Assembly (NCBI GenBank): GCA_021157895.1
Contig: JAGGVQ010000010.1
Coordinates: 3,394 to 67,393, forward strand
Length of the DNA stretch: 64,000 nucleotides
From: Dehalococcoidia bacterium
GTDB taxonomy: Bacteria; Chloroflexota; Dehalococcoidia; GIF9; AB-539-J10
Direction: 5' to 3'
Shown here: in pieces, positions 20,687 through 30,802 of the stretch
Layout: every line of letters begins with the position of its first letter
Position numbering within the stretch: position 1 is the first letter of the stretch
Made by a program: the position numbers and the translations under genes
Notes under the pieces: generated by a model
Told to the model about the DNA's origin: nothing
The model's database searches: none
What the model saw: only the letters and a program-made list of their open reading frames with translations

Positions 20687-22354
20687 ATGGAAAACAATCA
20701 TCAAGAAAGCTACCGCGTCTCTACCAGTGATGATGTAGAAGTCTCCACATACCTAGAAATTGCCAAGGAGCTACATGGCGAGCAAACCGTAGTTGGATCC
20801 AAATCAGAGGCAGCTAATCGCGAGACCATCATAGTAATCGACTTTGGCTCTCAATATAGCATGCTCATCGCTCGACGGATCAGAGAATGCCATGTTTACT
20901 GTGAAATTGTACCTTATGATGCTCCACGGGAAAGGATCATAGGCCTTAACCCACGAGGCTTTATTCTCTCGGGTGGGCCCGCGAGCGTCTACGAAACAGG
21001 GTCCCCCCTAGCACCACCATTCATATATGAGAGTCACCTGCCAATCATGGGTATTTGCTACGGGGCACAGGCAATTACCTATCAGTTGGGGGGACAGGTA
21101 GCATTAGTAGACAAACGCGAATATGGATATGCTGTCCTGCATGTCAGCGACGACAGCTGCCCACTTTTCACAGGACTGCCTGATGAACTTCCCGTATGGA
21201 TGAGTCATGGAGATCAAACAATAGAAATGCCTCCCGGATTCAGGTCTTTGGCTTATACTGAGACTTCTCCAATAGCCGTCATGGGCAACGATAATAATAT
21301 CTTTGGCATACAATTCCATCCTGAAGTAACACATACTCCTTCAGGTAAAACAATATTCGAAAATTTCATATATCGCATATGTGGTTGTAAGGGTAACTGG
21401 ACATCAGCTAATTTTATTACTGAGAGTACAGACAAAATCAGGCAGCAAGTGGGTAGTGGTAAAGTGATTTGTGCCCTTTCTGGAGGAATTGATTCGGCAG
21501 TAACTGCAACACTGATTCACCATGCCATAGGCAACAGGTTGACATGCATGTTCATCAACAATGGATTGTTGCGTCGTGAGGAGCCTGAAAGAGTCCTTAA
21601 CACCTTCCGGAAACACCTCAGTATGAACATAGTTTACGTTGACGCTACAGAAAGGTTTTTACAGCGTCTTCGTGGGATAACTAACCCAGAAAGAAAGAGA
21701 CATGTAATCGGAGAAGAATTCATCGATATTTTCGAGGATGAGGCAGCTAAATTAGGCAAGGTTGATTTTTTGGCACAGGGAACACTATACCCAGATGTAA
21801 TTGAGAGCGTTACCTCAGAAAACAAGGCTGCAACTAAAATAAAGAGCCATCATAACGTCGGAGGGCTACCAGCAAATATGAAACTCACTCTGATCGAACC
21901 TCTCAGGTATTTGTTCAAGGATGAAGTCAGAGAGGTGGGATTGTCGCTGGGGCTGCCCGAGGACATGACATGGCGTCAACCATTCCCTGGACCTGGACTA
22001 GCCATCCGTATTATTGGTGAAGTTACGAAGGAAAAGTTGGAGATATTACGATCTGCCGATTGGATAGTAATGAACGAAATTAAGAAAGCAACGCTTTATC
22101 GACAATTATGGCAAAGCTTCGCGGTGCTGACCGACGTCAAAAGTGTTGGCATCATGGGTGACTACAGGACTTATGGTTACCTGATAGCTATCAGGGCGCT
22201 GAATAGCGATGATGCGATGACAGCAGATTGGGCTAAATTGCCTTACACTTTGTTAGCTAGAATATCACATCGTATAGTTAACGAAGTTCCCAAAGTTAAT
22301 CGCGTGGTTTACGATATCACCAGTAAACCACCAGCAACCATAGAGTGGGAGTAG
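20687..22354 (+). CDS. guaA: GMP synthase (glutamine-hydrolysing)
   Basis: It has a GATase domain ([21 protein letters not shown]), an ATP-PPase SGGIDS P-loop and a C-terminal dimerisation domain ending TIEWE. It carries a roughly 48-aa N-terminal extension with no alternative canonical start. Confidence 0.95.
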   Translation: MENNHQESYRVSTSDDVEVSTYLEIAKELHGEQTVVGSKSEAANRETIIVIDFGSQYSMLIARRIRECHVYCEIVPYDAPRERIIGLNPRGFILSGGPASVYETGSPLAPPFIYESHLPIMGICYGAQAITYQLGGQVALVDKREYGYAVLHVSDDSCPLFTGLPDELPVWMSHGDQTIEMPPGFRSLAYTETSPIAVMGNDNNIFGIQFHPEVTHTPSGKTIFENFIYRICGCKGNWTSANFITESTDKIRQQVGSGKVICALSGGIDSAVTATLIHHAIGNRLTCMFINNGLLRREEPERVLNTFRKHLSMNIVYVDATERFLQRLRGITNPERKRHVIGEEFIDIFEDEAAKLGKVDFLAQGTLYPDVIESVTSENKAATKIKSHHNVGGLPANMKLTLIEPLRYLFKDEVREVGLSLGLPEDMTWRQPFPGPGLAIRIIGEVTKEKLEILRSADWIVMNEIKKATLYRQLWQSFAVLTDVKSVGIMGDYRTYGYLIAIRALNSDDAMTADWAKLPYTLLARISHRIVNEVPKVNRVVYDITSKPPATIEWE

Positions 22355-22366
22355 GAGCGTAATAAA

Positions 22367-23632
22367 TTGAGAGTGATGGTTATTGGCAATGGGGCCAGAG
22401 AACATGCCTTAGTGTGGAAAATATCACAGAGTCCTAAGGTAGAAAAGATATTTACTGCTCCTGGCAATGCGGGCACAGCACAGATATCAAAAAATTTAAC
22501 CATATCCCCAACCGACCTAAAAGGACTAGCCAAAGCAGCTAAGACCAATAGGATCAATTTTGTTATTGTCGGACCTGAGGTGCCACTATCTCTTGGAATA
22601 GCAGACTACTTTGAGGGATTAGGAATTCCTATATTTGGCCCATCGAAAATAGCAGCTCAGATGGAAACAAGCAAGGCATTCGCGAAAGAGCTAATGGAGA
22701 AATATAAACTTCCTTGTGCTAAAGGAAGAACTTTCTCTTCTTATCCTGAAGCAAGAAAATACATCCAGAACCAACAATTCCCTATTGTTATAAAGGCTGA
22801 TGGTTTGGCTGGAGGAAAAGGTTCTATTATAGCCAGATCTAGGCAAGAAGCTACTCGTGTCCTCAGCGATATAATGGAGACCAAAATCTTTGGCTCCGCA
22901 GGAAATACTGTCATTATCGAAGAATATCTTAAGGGACTAGAAGTTAGCCTGATAGCGTTTACTGATGGTAAAACTATTGTGCCGATGATGCCCTCATGCG
23001 ATTACAAAAGGGCAAGGGACAGAGACGTGGGGCCTAATACAGGGGGAATGGGTGGTTATAGTCCACCAGGGTTTTTCCCCTCTCAACTGGTAGAAAAATC
23101 AGTAAGCACTATTCTAATGCCAACAATTAAAGCACTATCAAATCAGGGCATTACATATAAAGGAATATTATATGCGGGATTAATAATAGCCAATGGGAAA
23201 CCAAAAATACTAGAATTTAATGCGCGTTTTGGCGATCCTGAAACTCAAATCACTTTGCCATTACTGAGAACTGACCTGATAGATATTTTGCTGGCAACCA
23301 TCCAGGGGGATCTAGGCCACATAAATGTAGAATGGTACAACAATGCCAGCGTAGGGGTTGTGATGACATCAGGAGGATATCCACAAAAATACAAGTCAGG
23401 GTTGCCCATAGAAGGCTTAGATAAGGTAGACAAAGATATATTCGTTTTTCATGCTGGGACGAAGTCAGGCAACAATGGAAAGACCTATACCAATGGAGGA
23501 CGCGTATTAACAGTAGTCGGTACTGGAGACAATCTAACTGAGGCTAGAGCAAAGGCTTACCACAATATTTCCTGCATCTCATTCCAAGGTCATCACTACC
23601 GAAGGGATATTGCACTAAGAGAGATAAAATAA
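22367..23632 (+). CDS. purD: phosphoribosylamine-glycine ligase
   Basis: Starts VMVIGNGAREHAL, has an ATP-grasp core and contains EFNARFGDPE. Length is 421 aa. Confidence 0.95.
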   Translation: MRVMVIGNGAREHALVWKISQSPKVEKIFTAPGNAGTAQISKNLTISPTDLKGLAKAAKTNRINFVIVGPEVPLSLGIADYFEGLGIPIFGPSKIAAQMETSKAFAKELMEKYKLPCAKGRTFSSYPEARKYIQNQQFPIVIKADGLAGGKGSIIARSRQEATRVLSDIMETKIFGSAGNTVIIEEYLKGLEVSLIAFTDGKTIVPMMPSCDYKRARDRDVGPNTGGMGGYSPPGFFPSQLVEKSVSTILMPTIKALSNQGITYKGILYAGLIIANGKPKILEFNARFGDPETQITLPLLRTDLIDILLATIQGDLGHINVEWYNNASVGVVMTSGGYPQKYKSGLPIEGLDKVDKDIFVFHAGTKSGNNGKTYTNGGRVLTVVGTGDNLTEARAKAYHNISCISFQGHHYRRDIALREIK

Positions 23633-24091
23633 ATGGCAATGGTAGAAGTAGTAATAGGTAGTAAGTCAGACACAGAAATGATAAAGCCGGCTTTAGACAT
23701 GCTGCGCCAGCTATCCATTGAATATGAAATCTCTATCATTTCAGCTCACAGACATCCGGAGAAATTAAGGAAATATGGCATTGAAGTGGCAAATCGCGGA
23801 GTTGAGGTTATCATCGCCGCTGCCGGTGGTGCTGCACATTTACCAGGAGTTCTGGCTAGCTGGACCACAATACCAGTCATCGGTGTTCCCCTACCTGCAG
23901 GCGATATGAATGGCATCGATGCCCTCCTCTCTATTACTCAAATGCCTGCTGGGGTGCCTGTCGCCTGCACTGGAATTGGGGAGAGTGGTGTTAAAAATGC
24001 TGCTTTGCTTGCAGCTCAAATTCTTGGTTTGAAACATGAGCAAATAAAAACTTCCTATGGCCAATATAGGAAAAACCTATCAGGAGATTAA
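23633..24091 (+). CDS. purE: N5-carboxyaminoimidazole ribonucleotide mutase
   Basis: Contains GSKSD, SAHRHPEK and AGGAAHLPGV. Length is 152 aa. Confidence 0.9.
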   Translation: MAMVEVVIGSKSDTEMIKPALDMLRQLSIEYEISIISAHRHPEKLRKYGIEVANRGVEVIIAAAGGAAHLPGVLASWTTIPVIGVPLPAGDMNGIDALLSITQMPAGVPVACTGIGESGVKNAALLAAQILGLKHEQIKTSYGQYRKNLSGD

Positions 24092-24092
24092 T

Positions 24093-25439
24093 ATGATTGA
24101 GCGCTACTCTAGGTCTCGCATGAAAAAAATATGGTCTGAGAAGAACAAATTCGACAAATGGCTGCAGATAGAAATAGCCGTATGCCAAGCATGGGCTGAT
24201 ATCGGCCGCATTCCCAAAGAAACCATGCCAAAGATAAGGAAAGCTAGTTATGATTTAGGACATGTTACTGAGTTTCTCAGAGTAAGCCATCATGATATGA
24301 TAGCTTTCCTTAATTCAGTTGCCGAAAGCTTAGGCAAAGAATCTCGCTTTATTCACATGGGATTAACCTCTTCAGATATTATGGATACTGCCCTATCACT
24401 TCAGTTAGTAGAAGCATGCCACATATTGGAGCAAGACATAACCGAGTTGATCTCTGTGATCTCGAATAAAGCGCTAGAACATAAACATACCATGATAATA
24501 GGCCGAACTCATGGAATTCATGCCGAGCCAACTACATTCGGTTTAAAGCTGGCATTATGGCATGAAGAAATGAAGCGCAACGCGCACAGATTAACTGAAG
24601 CCAAAACAGCCATCTCAGTCGGAAAGATATCAGGAGCAGTCGGCACATATGCCAATGTTCCTCCTGAAATAGAACAGATAACATGCGCTAGCATCGGGCT
24701 TACGCCAGCATCAATATCAAGCCAGATTATTCAGCGTGACCGTCATGCACAATTCATCACCACGCTAGCCTTGATCGCCAGTTCACTGGAGAAATTTGCT
24801 ACGGAAATCCGTAATCTCCAAAGAACAGAGATTGCTGAGGCTGAGGAACCTTTCCAAGAAGGGCAAACTGGCTCATCGGCAATGCCACATAAGAAAAACC
24901 CTGAGCTTTGCGAGCGCATTTGTGGACTTGCCAGACTAGTAAGAGGTTATGCCTCAACTTCCCTAGAAAACTTGGCCCTATGGCATGAACGTGACATCAG
25001 CCACTCATCTTGTGAACGAGTAATTTTACCTGATGCCTGTCTCGTGGTGGATTATATGCTAACCACCTTTACTTCGATAATAAGAAAACTCGGAGTGTTT
25101 CCTGATAATATGCAACGCAATATTAAGCTAACTAAAGGCCTAATATTTTCCCAGCGAGCTATGTTGTCGTTGATAGATAAGGGCCTGTCGCGAGGGCAAT
25201 CATATGAAATTGTACAACACGATGCGGTGCAAGCGTGGAGGGGAAAAGAAAACTTCTTGGATTTGCTTAAGGCTGACCCATTAGTGACCAGCTATCTGTC
25301 CCAAGCTGAACTCGAGGCTTTGTGCGACTACAATTACTATCTGAAATACGTAGATGATATCTTCGAGCGATTAGGGATCACCAAGACAACCGAACTTCAG
25401 CAAGCTGAAGAAGGAGAACTATCACCACATGCGCTATGA
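24093..25439 (+). CDS. purB: adenylosuccinate lyase
   Basis: MIERYSRSRM N-terminus, GSSAMPHKKNP signature. The ATG at 24093 follows AGGAG and lies just after the purE stop. The longer ORF start overlaps purE. Confidence 0.9.
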   Translation: MIERYSRSRMKKIWSEKNKFDKWLQIEIAVCQAWADIGRIPKETMPKIRKASYDLGHVTEFLRVSHHDMIAFLNSVAESLGKESRFIHMGLTSSDIMDTALSLQLVEACHILEQDITELISVISNKALEHKHTMIIGRTHGIHAEPTTFGLKLALWHEEMKRNAHRLTEAKTAISVGKISGAVGTYANVPPEIEQITCASIGLTPASISSQIIQRDRHAQFITTLALIASSLEKFATEIRNLQRTEIAEAEEPFQEGQTGSSAMPHKKNPELCERICGLARLVRGYASTSLENLALWHERDISHSSCERVILPDACLVVDYMLTTFTSIIRKLGVFPDNMQRNIKLTKGLIFSQRAMLSLIDKGLSRGQSYEIVQHDAVQAWRGKENFLDLLKADPLVTSYLSQAELEALCDYNYYLKYVDDIFERLGITKTTELQQAEEGELSPHAL

Positions 25440-26349
25440 GAACTATTCCAGTACATCAGCACTGCTAGAAAGCAATCTACCACTACCTCTATACCGACAT
25501 GGCAAAGTGCGGGATGTTTACGAATTAGGTGACAAGCTTCTAATGCTGTCCTCTGACCGCGTCTCAGCCTTTGATGTTATTCTCCCTTGTGGTATACCTA
25601 ACAAAGGCAAGATTCTTAACCAACTATCCGCCTTTTGGTTTCAACAAACGCAGCACATCATATCAAATCACCTCATTACTGTAATAGATGATATGGAGAC
25701 TCTTAAGGAATATCACCTGGAAGACTATGCTAACCAACTCATCGGCAGAGCTATGATTGTGACCAAAACTATCCCCATCCCCATAGAAGGCATTGTCCGC
25801 GGTTACCTGTCTGGTTCAGCTTGGGAAGAATATCGCCAGACTGGCACTACCAGTGGCACTGATTTACCTGCAGGCCTCCAAGAGAACCAGCAACTACCAT
25901 ATCCTTTATTCACTCCTACAACCAAAAGCGATACCGAACATGATCGCCCTCTAACCCGTGACGACATTAAAAACTATGGAATCGGGGATATATTTGCTAA
26001 ATTAAAAAATGTTAGTCTGATGATATATGATTATGCTCAAAATTACGCCAAATCTAGGGGGATTATTATTGCAGATACAAAATTTGAGTTCGGCCACATC
26101 AATGATACTATAATGCTTATCGACGAACTACTAACACCAGATTCAAGCCGGTTTTGGGATAGCACAGAATATAAAATTGGTCATCCTCCAATCAGTTTCG
26201 ATAAACAACCAGTGCGGGACTGGATAGCCGCCTCTGGGTGGAATAAACAACCACCTGCACCTGCACTACCCCCCACAATAATAAAAGCAACAACAGCGCG
26301 CTATAACAAAATCTACCAGTTGCTAACAGAGAAAGGTGTATTTAGCTAA
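25429..26349 (+). CDS. purC: phosphoribosylaminoimidazole-succinocarboxamide synthase
   Basis: Contains GKVRDVY, SDRVSAFD and ADTKFEFG. Length is 306 aa. Confidence 0.9.
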   Translation: MRYENYSSTSALLESNLPLPLYRHGKVRDVYELGDKLLMLSSDRVSAFDVILPCGIPNKGKILNQLSAFWFQQTQHIISNHLITVIDDMETLKEYHLEDYANQLIGRAMIVTKTIPIPIEGIVRGYLSGSAWEEYRQTGTTSGTDLPAGLQENQQLPYPLFTPTTKSDTEHDRPLTRDDIKNYGIGDIFAKLKNVSLMIYDYAQNYAKSRGIIIADTKFEFGHINDTIMLIDELLTPDSSRFWDSTEYKIGHPPISFDKQPVRDWIAASGWNKQPPAPALPPTIIKATTARYNKIYQLLTEKGVFS

Positions 26350-26584
26350 GATCTATATCACATTGAAACCTCTAGTCAATGATCCTCAAGGTTTAACTAT
26401 AAGGGGAGCGCTTCACAATCTTGGCTTCACCAGCGTAACCAGCGTACGCGCCGGTAAATACATAGAAATACAACTGGATGAAAATAATCGCGAACAAGCT
26501 CAATCGAAAGTCACAGGAATGTGTGAGAAATTGCTGGCGAACCCTGTTATCGAAAACTACCATTTTGAACTGGAGAAAATATAG
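26336..26584 (+). CDS. purS: phosphoribosylformylglycinamidine synthase subunit PurS
   Basis: An 82-aa protein with KPLVNDPQG and VTSVRAGKYIE, typical of PurS. It has a GTG start that overlaps the purC end. Confidence 0.85.
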   Translation: MYLAKIYITLKPLVNDPQGLTIRGALHNLGFTSVTSVRAGKYIEIQLDENNREQAQSKVTGMCEKLLANPVIENYHFELEKI

Positions 26585-26586
26585 CC

Positions 26587-27201
26587 ATGGAATGGGCCAA
26601 CATCATCGTTGTTATCGCATTAGCTGTTGTTCTGCCATTAGTCGCCCTGCTCCGCAAAAACAAAGCAAATGCTCCTAAAAGTATAGAGCTGCTGGAATAT
26701 CTCCAAGGGAAGGGTATTAAGGCAACACTAGTACAGGAGGATAGCAACACCGCTACAGCAATACATGGGCACTTTATGCTGCATCCATCAAGGGAAATTA
26801 TTAGACTGGAAAAATCAAGCATTGATTCCATAATTGCTACCAGCGTTTCAGGCCAATATGGATCTCGTGAATTTATCGAATGTATGGTACGCAACGGGAA
26901 TCTAGCACAAAACAGAAAGTTACGTAAAACCAGGGTAAACGTAAAAAGGAATCACCTTTTCGGAGGTAAAACTGTAACCGTAAAATGGGTAGGAGATAAA
27001 ACCCTATCACAAATTTTAAACCTGGATTACAGATTAGAGAAGAGGCTACTACAAGCTAGCCCCGACGAACTAAGGGAGGGTATAACTATTTCCGCCGAGC
27101 CAAAGAAAGGATATATTAAAATAAGGATTGCATATTGTTTTCCCTCAACCGACATGCTTGAGGCCCTGAATATCATAGCAAAGCATCTCAAATCATGGTA
27201 G
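26587..27201 (+). CDS. hypothetical membrane-anchored protein (204 aa)
   Basis: The ATG lies 2 nt after the purS stop. It has an N-terminal TM helix (IIVVIALAVVLPLVALL) followed by a soluble domain of about 175 aa with no motif I recognise. Confidence 0.5.
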   Translation: MEWANIIVVIALAVVLPLVALLRKNKANAPKSIELLEYLQGKGIKATLVQEDSNTATAIHGHFMLHPSREIIRLEKSSIDSIIATSVSGQYGSREFIECMVRNGNLAQNRKLRKTRVNVKRNHLFGGKTVTVKWVGDKTLSQILNLDYRLEKRLLQASPDELREGITISAEPKKGYIKIRIAYCFPSTDMLEALNIIAKHLKSW

Positions 27202-27253
27202 GGGAAAGTCGTCTTTCTACAATTAGGTTCATACTCAGGTCCAGGAAAAAGAT

Positions 27254-28234
27254 TCAATAATGTTGATACCAGGTTTCGTCAACTTTTGATGGGCTAAGTT
27301 TCTTATACCAAGGAGTTGCATATTTATTGGCTAGCTCAGTTAGGCTATCAAGTCTCTCCAACACAGTAGTTTCTAAGAATATTTTCCTGTCATGGCGCGA
27401 GCGAATATCGGTAGCTTCCTGCCACAAGGCTCGCCCAGCCAAGAACCCCGACGCTCCAGATCTGCAAGCTATTTCAACTTCTCGATAAAACATATCAAAG
27501 TTAACTCCAGCACTCAAGATGACCCATGGCACCTGGCTCGCCACATTTAATTGACGACAAAGATCAAACAAACGGTTCTCATCTGTTTCATACTTAAGGT
27601 CAGCAGGAAATTCTGCCTTCAGTACATCAATAGGGAAAGCTGTTATCTGCTCAGCTGTCCTGATAACAAGCTGGGGTTTTACACAAGCAAAGTCCTGTGG
27701 CCGATCCTCCCTACTCCCTAGACTATAGCTCACAGGCTCCACTACTAAAGGGATATCTTCATTTTCACAATCCAATGCCAGCTTTCCCACCAGCTCCAGT
27801 TGTTTTTCAGATACATCATCCAAGTCAGGCCGATAATAAAGCAGCAACTTGACAGCGGTAGCTCCCATCTTCTTGATCTTCCTGACATTCCAATTAGGCA
27901 ACAACTCAGTTATCCTAGATCCTGAACTTCCCGAGTACCCCGACTTCTCAATACTGACCAACAACCCCGTTATCTTAGGCAAAACTCCAGCAGCTATAGC
28001 TTGACCAGCACCATAGACAGGATCAAGAAGAATAGCGCTGGCTCGCGGCGCCAAGATCTGGCTCAGATCAAGCTTAAAATCAACCATCTCTTGATTACCA
28101 ATTTCCTTCCCTGTACCATCAGCAAGCATTCTCTTTAGAGAACCTCTATGATCAAGAGCACACATCGTTAGAATGCCATGCCCATTAGCTAATTGCTGTA
28201 ATCCTCTCAATTTCCCTATGGATATCGTTCTCAT
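27254..28234 (-). CDS. class I aldolase of the LacD (tagatose/fructose-1,6-bisphosphate aldolase) family
   Basis: GILTMCALDHRGSLKRML, ILLDPVYG, AVKLLLYY, DVLKAEFP, ILSAGV and FLAGRALW line up with conserved LacD blocks that I recall from Staphylococcus/Streptococcus LacD. The start ATG at 28234 lies 2 nt after the pfkA stop. Confidence 0.8.
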   Translation of the reverse strand: MRTISIGKLRGLQQLANGHGILTMCALDHRGSLKRMLADGTGKEIGNQEMVDFKLDLSQILAPRASAILLDPVYGAGQAIAAGVLPKITGLLVSIEKSGYSGSSGSRITELLPNWNVRKIKKMGATAVKLLLYYRPDLDDVSEKQLELVGKLALDCENEDIPLVVEPVSYSLGSREDRPQDFACVKPQLVIRTAEQITAFPIDVLKAEFPADLKYETDENRLFDLCRQLNVASQVPWVILSAGVNFDMFYREVEIACRSGASGFLAGRALWQEATDIRSRHDRKIFLETTVLERLDSLTELANKYATPWYKKLSPSKVDETWYQHY

Positions 28235-28236
28235 CT

Positions 28237-29205
28237 TTAACTGGCCAACTCCTCCATAAAGCGTATCAAGCTCTTGTCTAATTTTTTCCGTTTTCTCCAA
28301 GTATTCTCAAGTGGAGTTAATTCTATTTGTCCATTCACTTCTCCTACCATTTCACCCGACCTGCCAGAAATAAAAGCATCTACTGCAGCAGATCCTAACT
28401 TGCTTGCCAATACCCGATCTCGGGCTGTGGGAGAGCCTCCCCTCTGTATATGCCCCAGAACGCAGATGCGATATTCCAGCCTCAATCTTTCCCAAACCTG
28501 CTGGGCCACAGGAAAAACACCACCTGCCTCATCCCCCTCAGCTACTATCACAATAGTGCTTCTTTTCCCCTTCCTGATGCTACTACTGATAGACTGGCAT
28601 AGCTTGTCTATGTTGGTCTCCGTCTCAGGAATTAATATTTGCTCAGCCCCTCCAGCAATGCCAACATCCAGAGCAATAAAACCCCTAGTTCGCCCCATCA
28701 CCTCAACAAAAAAGGCTCGATGCATCGCTCCCGCAGTATCCCTAATCTTATCTATGGCATTCAAAGCAGTATTTGTGGCAGTATCAAAACCTATGGAGTA
28801 GTCAGTTCCATAAATGTCATTATCTATGGTGCTAGGTATACCGATTACTCTAATATTTCCAGCTTTAGCTAAAGCCATGGCTCCACGAAAGGTTCCATCA
28901 CCCCCTATGGTTATTAGCCCTCCAATACCTTCCTGCTGTAAATTCTGCACCGCTTTATTGACACCACCTTTAGTTTTCATCTCCTCACAGCGAGCAGTCC
29001 CCAAAAACGTACCGCCACGCTGAATTATATTGCCCACTGCTCTATTGTCCAGCTTGACAAAATCAGAATCAAGAAGTCCTGCATACCCACGCCGAATGCC
29101 TATAATTTCTAGCTCTCGTTTAATTCCATACCGAACAATTGCCCTGATGCAGGCATTCATCCCGGGAGCATCACCACCACTAGTTAACACACCTAATTTG
29201 CACAT
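28237..29205 (-). CDS. pfkA: ATP-dependent 6-phosphofructokinase
   Basis: Contains GVLTSGGDAPGMNA, GGDGT, PSTIDND and GHIQRGG. Length is 322 aa. Confidence 0.9.
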   Translation of the reverse strand: MCKLGVLTSGGDAPGMNACIRAIVRYGIKRELEIIGIRRGYAGLLDSDFVKLDNRAVGNIIQRGGTFLGTARCEEMKTKGGVNKAVQNLQQEGIGGLITIGGDGTFRGAMALAKAGNIRVIGIPSTIDNDIYGTDYSIGFDTATNTALNAIDKIRDTAGAMHRAFFVEVMGRTRGFIALDVGIAGGAEQILIPETETNIDKLCQSISSSIRKGKRSTIVIVAEGDEAGGVFPVAQQVWERLRLEYRICVLGHIQRGGSPTARDRVLASKLGSAAVDAFISGRSGEMVGEVNGQIELTPLENTWRKRKKLDKSLIRFMEELAS

Positions 29206-29408
29206 ATCAAAAACCCACCATTACTAAAGTTCATTAATTGTAACATACCTATCATATGCTTCTCTGAACGCCAAGCAACCAACAAATCAATGGAATGTTG
29301 GAATAAGATGAACTTTATTAACCTATAATAGATTATCATTATTGGATTCAGATAAGATATGTTATGGAAAAATTATACTTATAAGCCAGAGGCGAATACA
29401 ACTCAAAC

Positions 29409-30215
29409 ATGATAAAACACATAAAATATGTCTTTTCCCATCTAGAAGCTATGACCAGCAAAATTACAGGAGCGGGACACATCCTTTTGCTTTCCGACTA
29501 CGATGGTACGCTAACTCCAATTGTGGAGAAACCAGAGCTAGCTAGTCTATCTCACAAAATGATATCCTGCCTGTATTCGCTGTCCAATAACCCCAACATC
29601 ACGCTAGGTATCATCAGCGGCAGAAAACTGACAGACATTCGTAAAAAGGTAAACCTGAGTAACATTATCTACTCTGGAAACCATGGTCTGGAAATACAGG
29701 GGGCTGGTATCCAATTTGTATGTCCCACAGCCAACCATAGTAAACAACTATTACACTCACTATACCAACAGCTTGATAAAAGATTAACCACTATCAATGG
29801 TGCTAGGACAGAAGATAAGGAACTTTCGTTAACACTTCACTACCGTCTTGTACCCAAAGAAGAGTTGCCAACATTAGAACAAACTTTCCGGCAAATAACC
29901 GAACCTTATCTGACTTCGGGTAAAGTGATAGTTACATCAAGCAAAAAGGCCTACGAAATAAGACCAGTGGTAGATTGGAACAAGGGCAAGGCAATAACAT
30001 TTATAGCCCAAAATCTCTGGCCAGAAAAGAAACCTCTTATAATATTTCTCGGCGATGACGTCACCGACAATGATGGTTTTAATACTACCAATGATAACAA
30101 GGGGATATCCATTTATGTTGGTAAGAATCCCTCAGACACCATAGCTCAATATTTTCTGAGATCGACAGATGAGGTGTATCGATTCCTCAGTCTACTCCAT
30201 AGTATCCTTAACTAA
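29409..30215 (+). CDS. otsB: HAD-IIB sugar-phosphate phosphatase, trehalose-6-phosphate phosphatase-like
   Basis: Contains LLSDYDGTLTPIV, ISGR and GDDVTDNDGF. An alternative start at 29451 is possible. Confidence 0.7.
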   Translation: MIKHIKYVFSHLEAMTSKITGAGHILLLSDYDGTLTPIVEKPELASLSHKMISCLYSLSNNPNITLGIISGRKLTDIRKKVNLSNIIYSGNHGLEIQGAGIQFVCPTANHSKQLLHSLYQQLDKRLTTINGARTEDKELSLTLHYRLVPKEELPTLEQTFRQITEPYLTSGKVIVTSSKKAYEIRPVVDWNKGKAITFIAQNLWPEKKPLIIFLGDDVTDNDGFNTTNDNKGISIYVGKNPSDTIAQYFLRSTDEVYRFLSLLHSILN

Positions 30216-30802
30216 CCTTCTATAACTTCCTTGGTACTGGGTATCTCACCCGCCAGTCTCCTGTCAATTTGCACTGCCAAATCTAAAGCTCGGCCTAGCG
30301 CTTTAAATATAGCTTCAGCCTTATGGTGATCATTTATCCCACTAAGCACTTTAGCATGAAGATTAATCTTGGCTTCAGAAGCAAAGGAAACCAAAAAGTG
30401 ACGAACCATGTCAGCCTCTAAATTACTGATATTTGCCTGGCTAAAAGGTATATCTGTCACACTAAAAGATCTGCCCCCAATATCAACCACCACAATTACC
30501 AAAGCATCATCCATAGGCACAACAGAATGTGCCATTCGAACAATGCCTCTTTTATCTCCCAAGGCCTGATTGAAAGCTCTGCCCAAGGAAATAGCCACAT
30601 CTTCAACCACATGATGTTGATCAGGCCCCGTGGCAGACACTTTTAAATCAAACACACCGTGTTGTGCTAGCTGAGCTATAAGATGATCCAGCATCCTTAT
30701 ACCCGTAGTGACTTCAAACTGGCCACTACCATCAATGTTCAGCTCCACGTTTACATTGGTTTCTGCAGTTTCCCTGGTTACCGTCGCTGTTCTCTCTATC
30801 AT
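30212..30802 (-). CDS. hisB: imidazoleglycerol-phosphate dehydratase
   Basis: Contains RETAETNV, HHVVED and NDHHKAEAIFKA. Length is 196 aa. Confidence 0.9.
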   Translation of the reverse strand: MIERTATVTRETAETNVNVELNIDGSGQFEVTTGIRMLDHLIAQLAQHGVFDLKVSATGPDQHHVVEDVAISLGRAFNQALGDKRGIVRMAHSVVPMDDALVIVVVDIGGRSFSVTDIPFSQANISNLEADMVRHFLVSFASEAKINLHAKVLSGINDHHKAEAIFKALGRALDLAVQIDRRLAGEIPSTKEVIEG

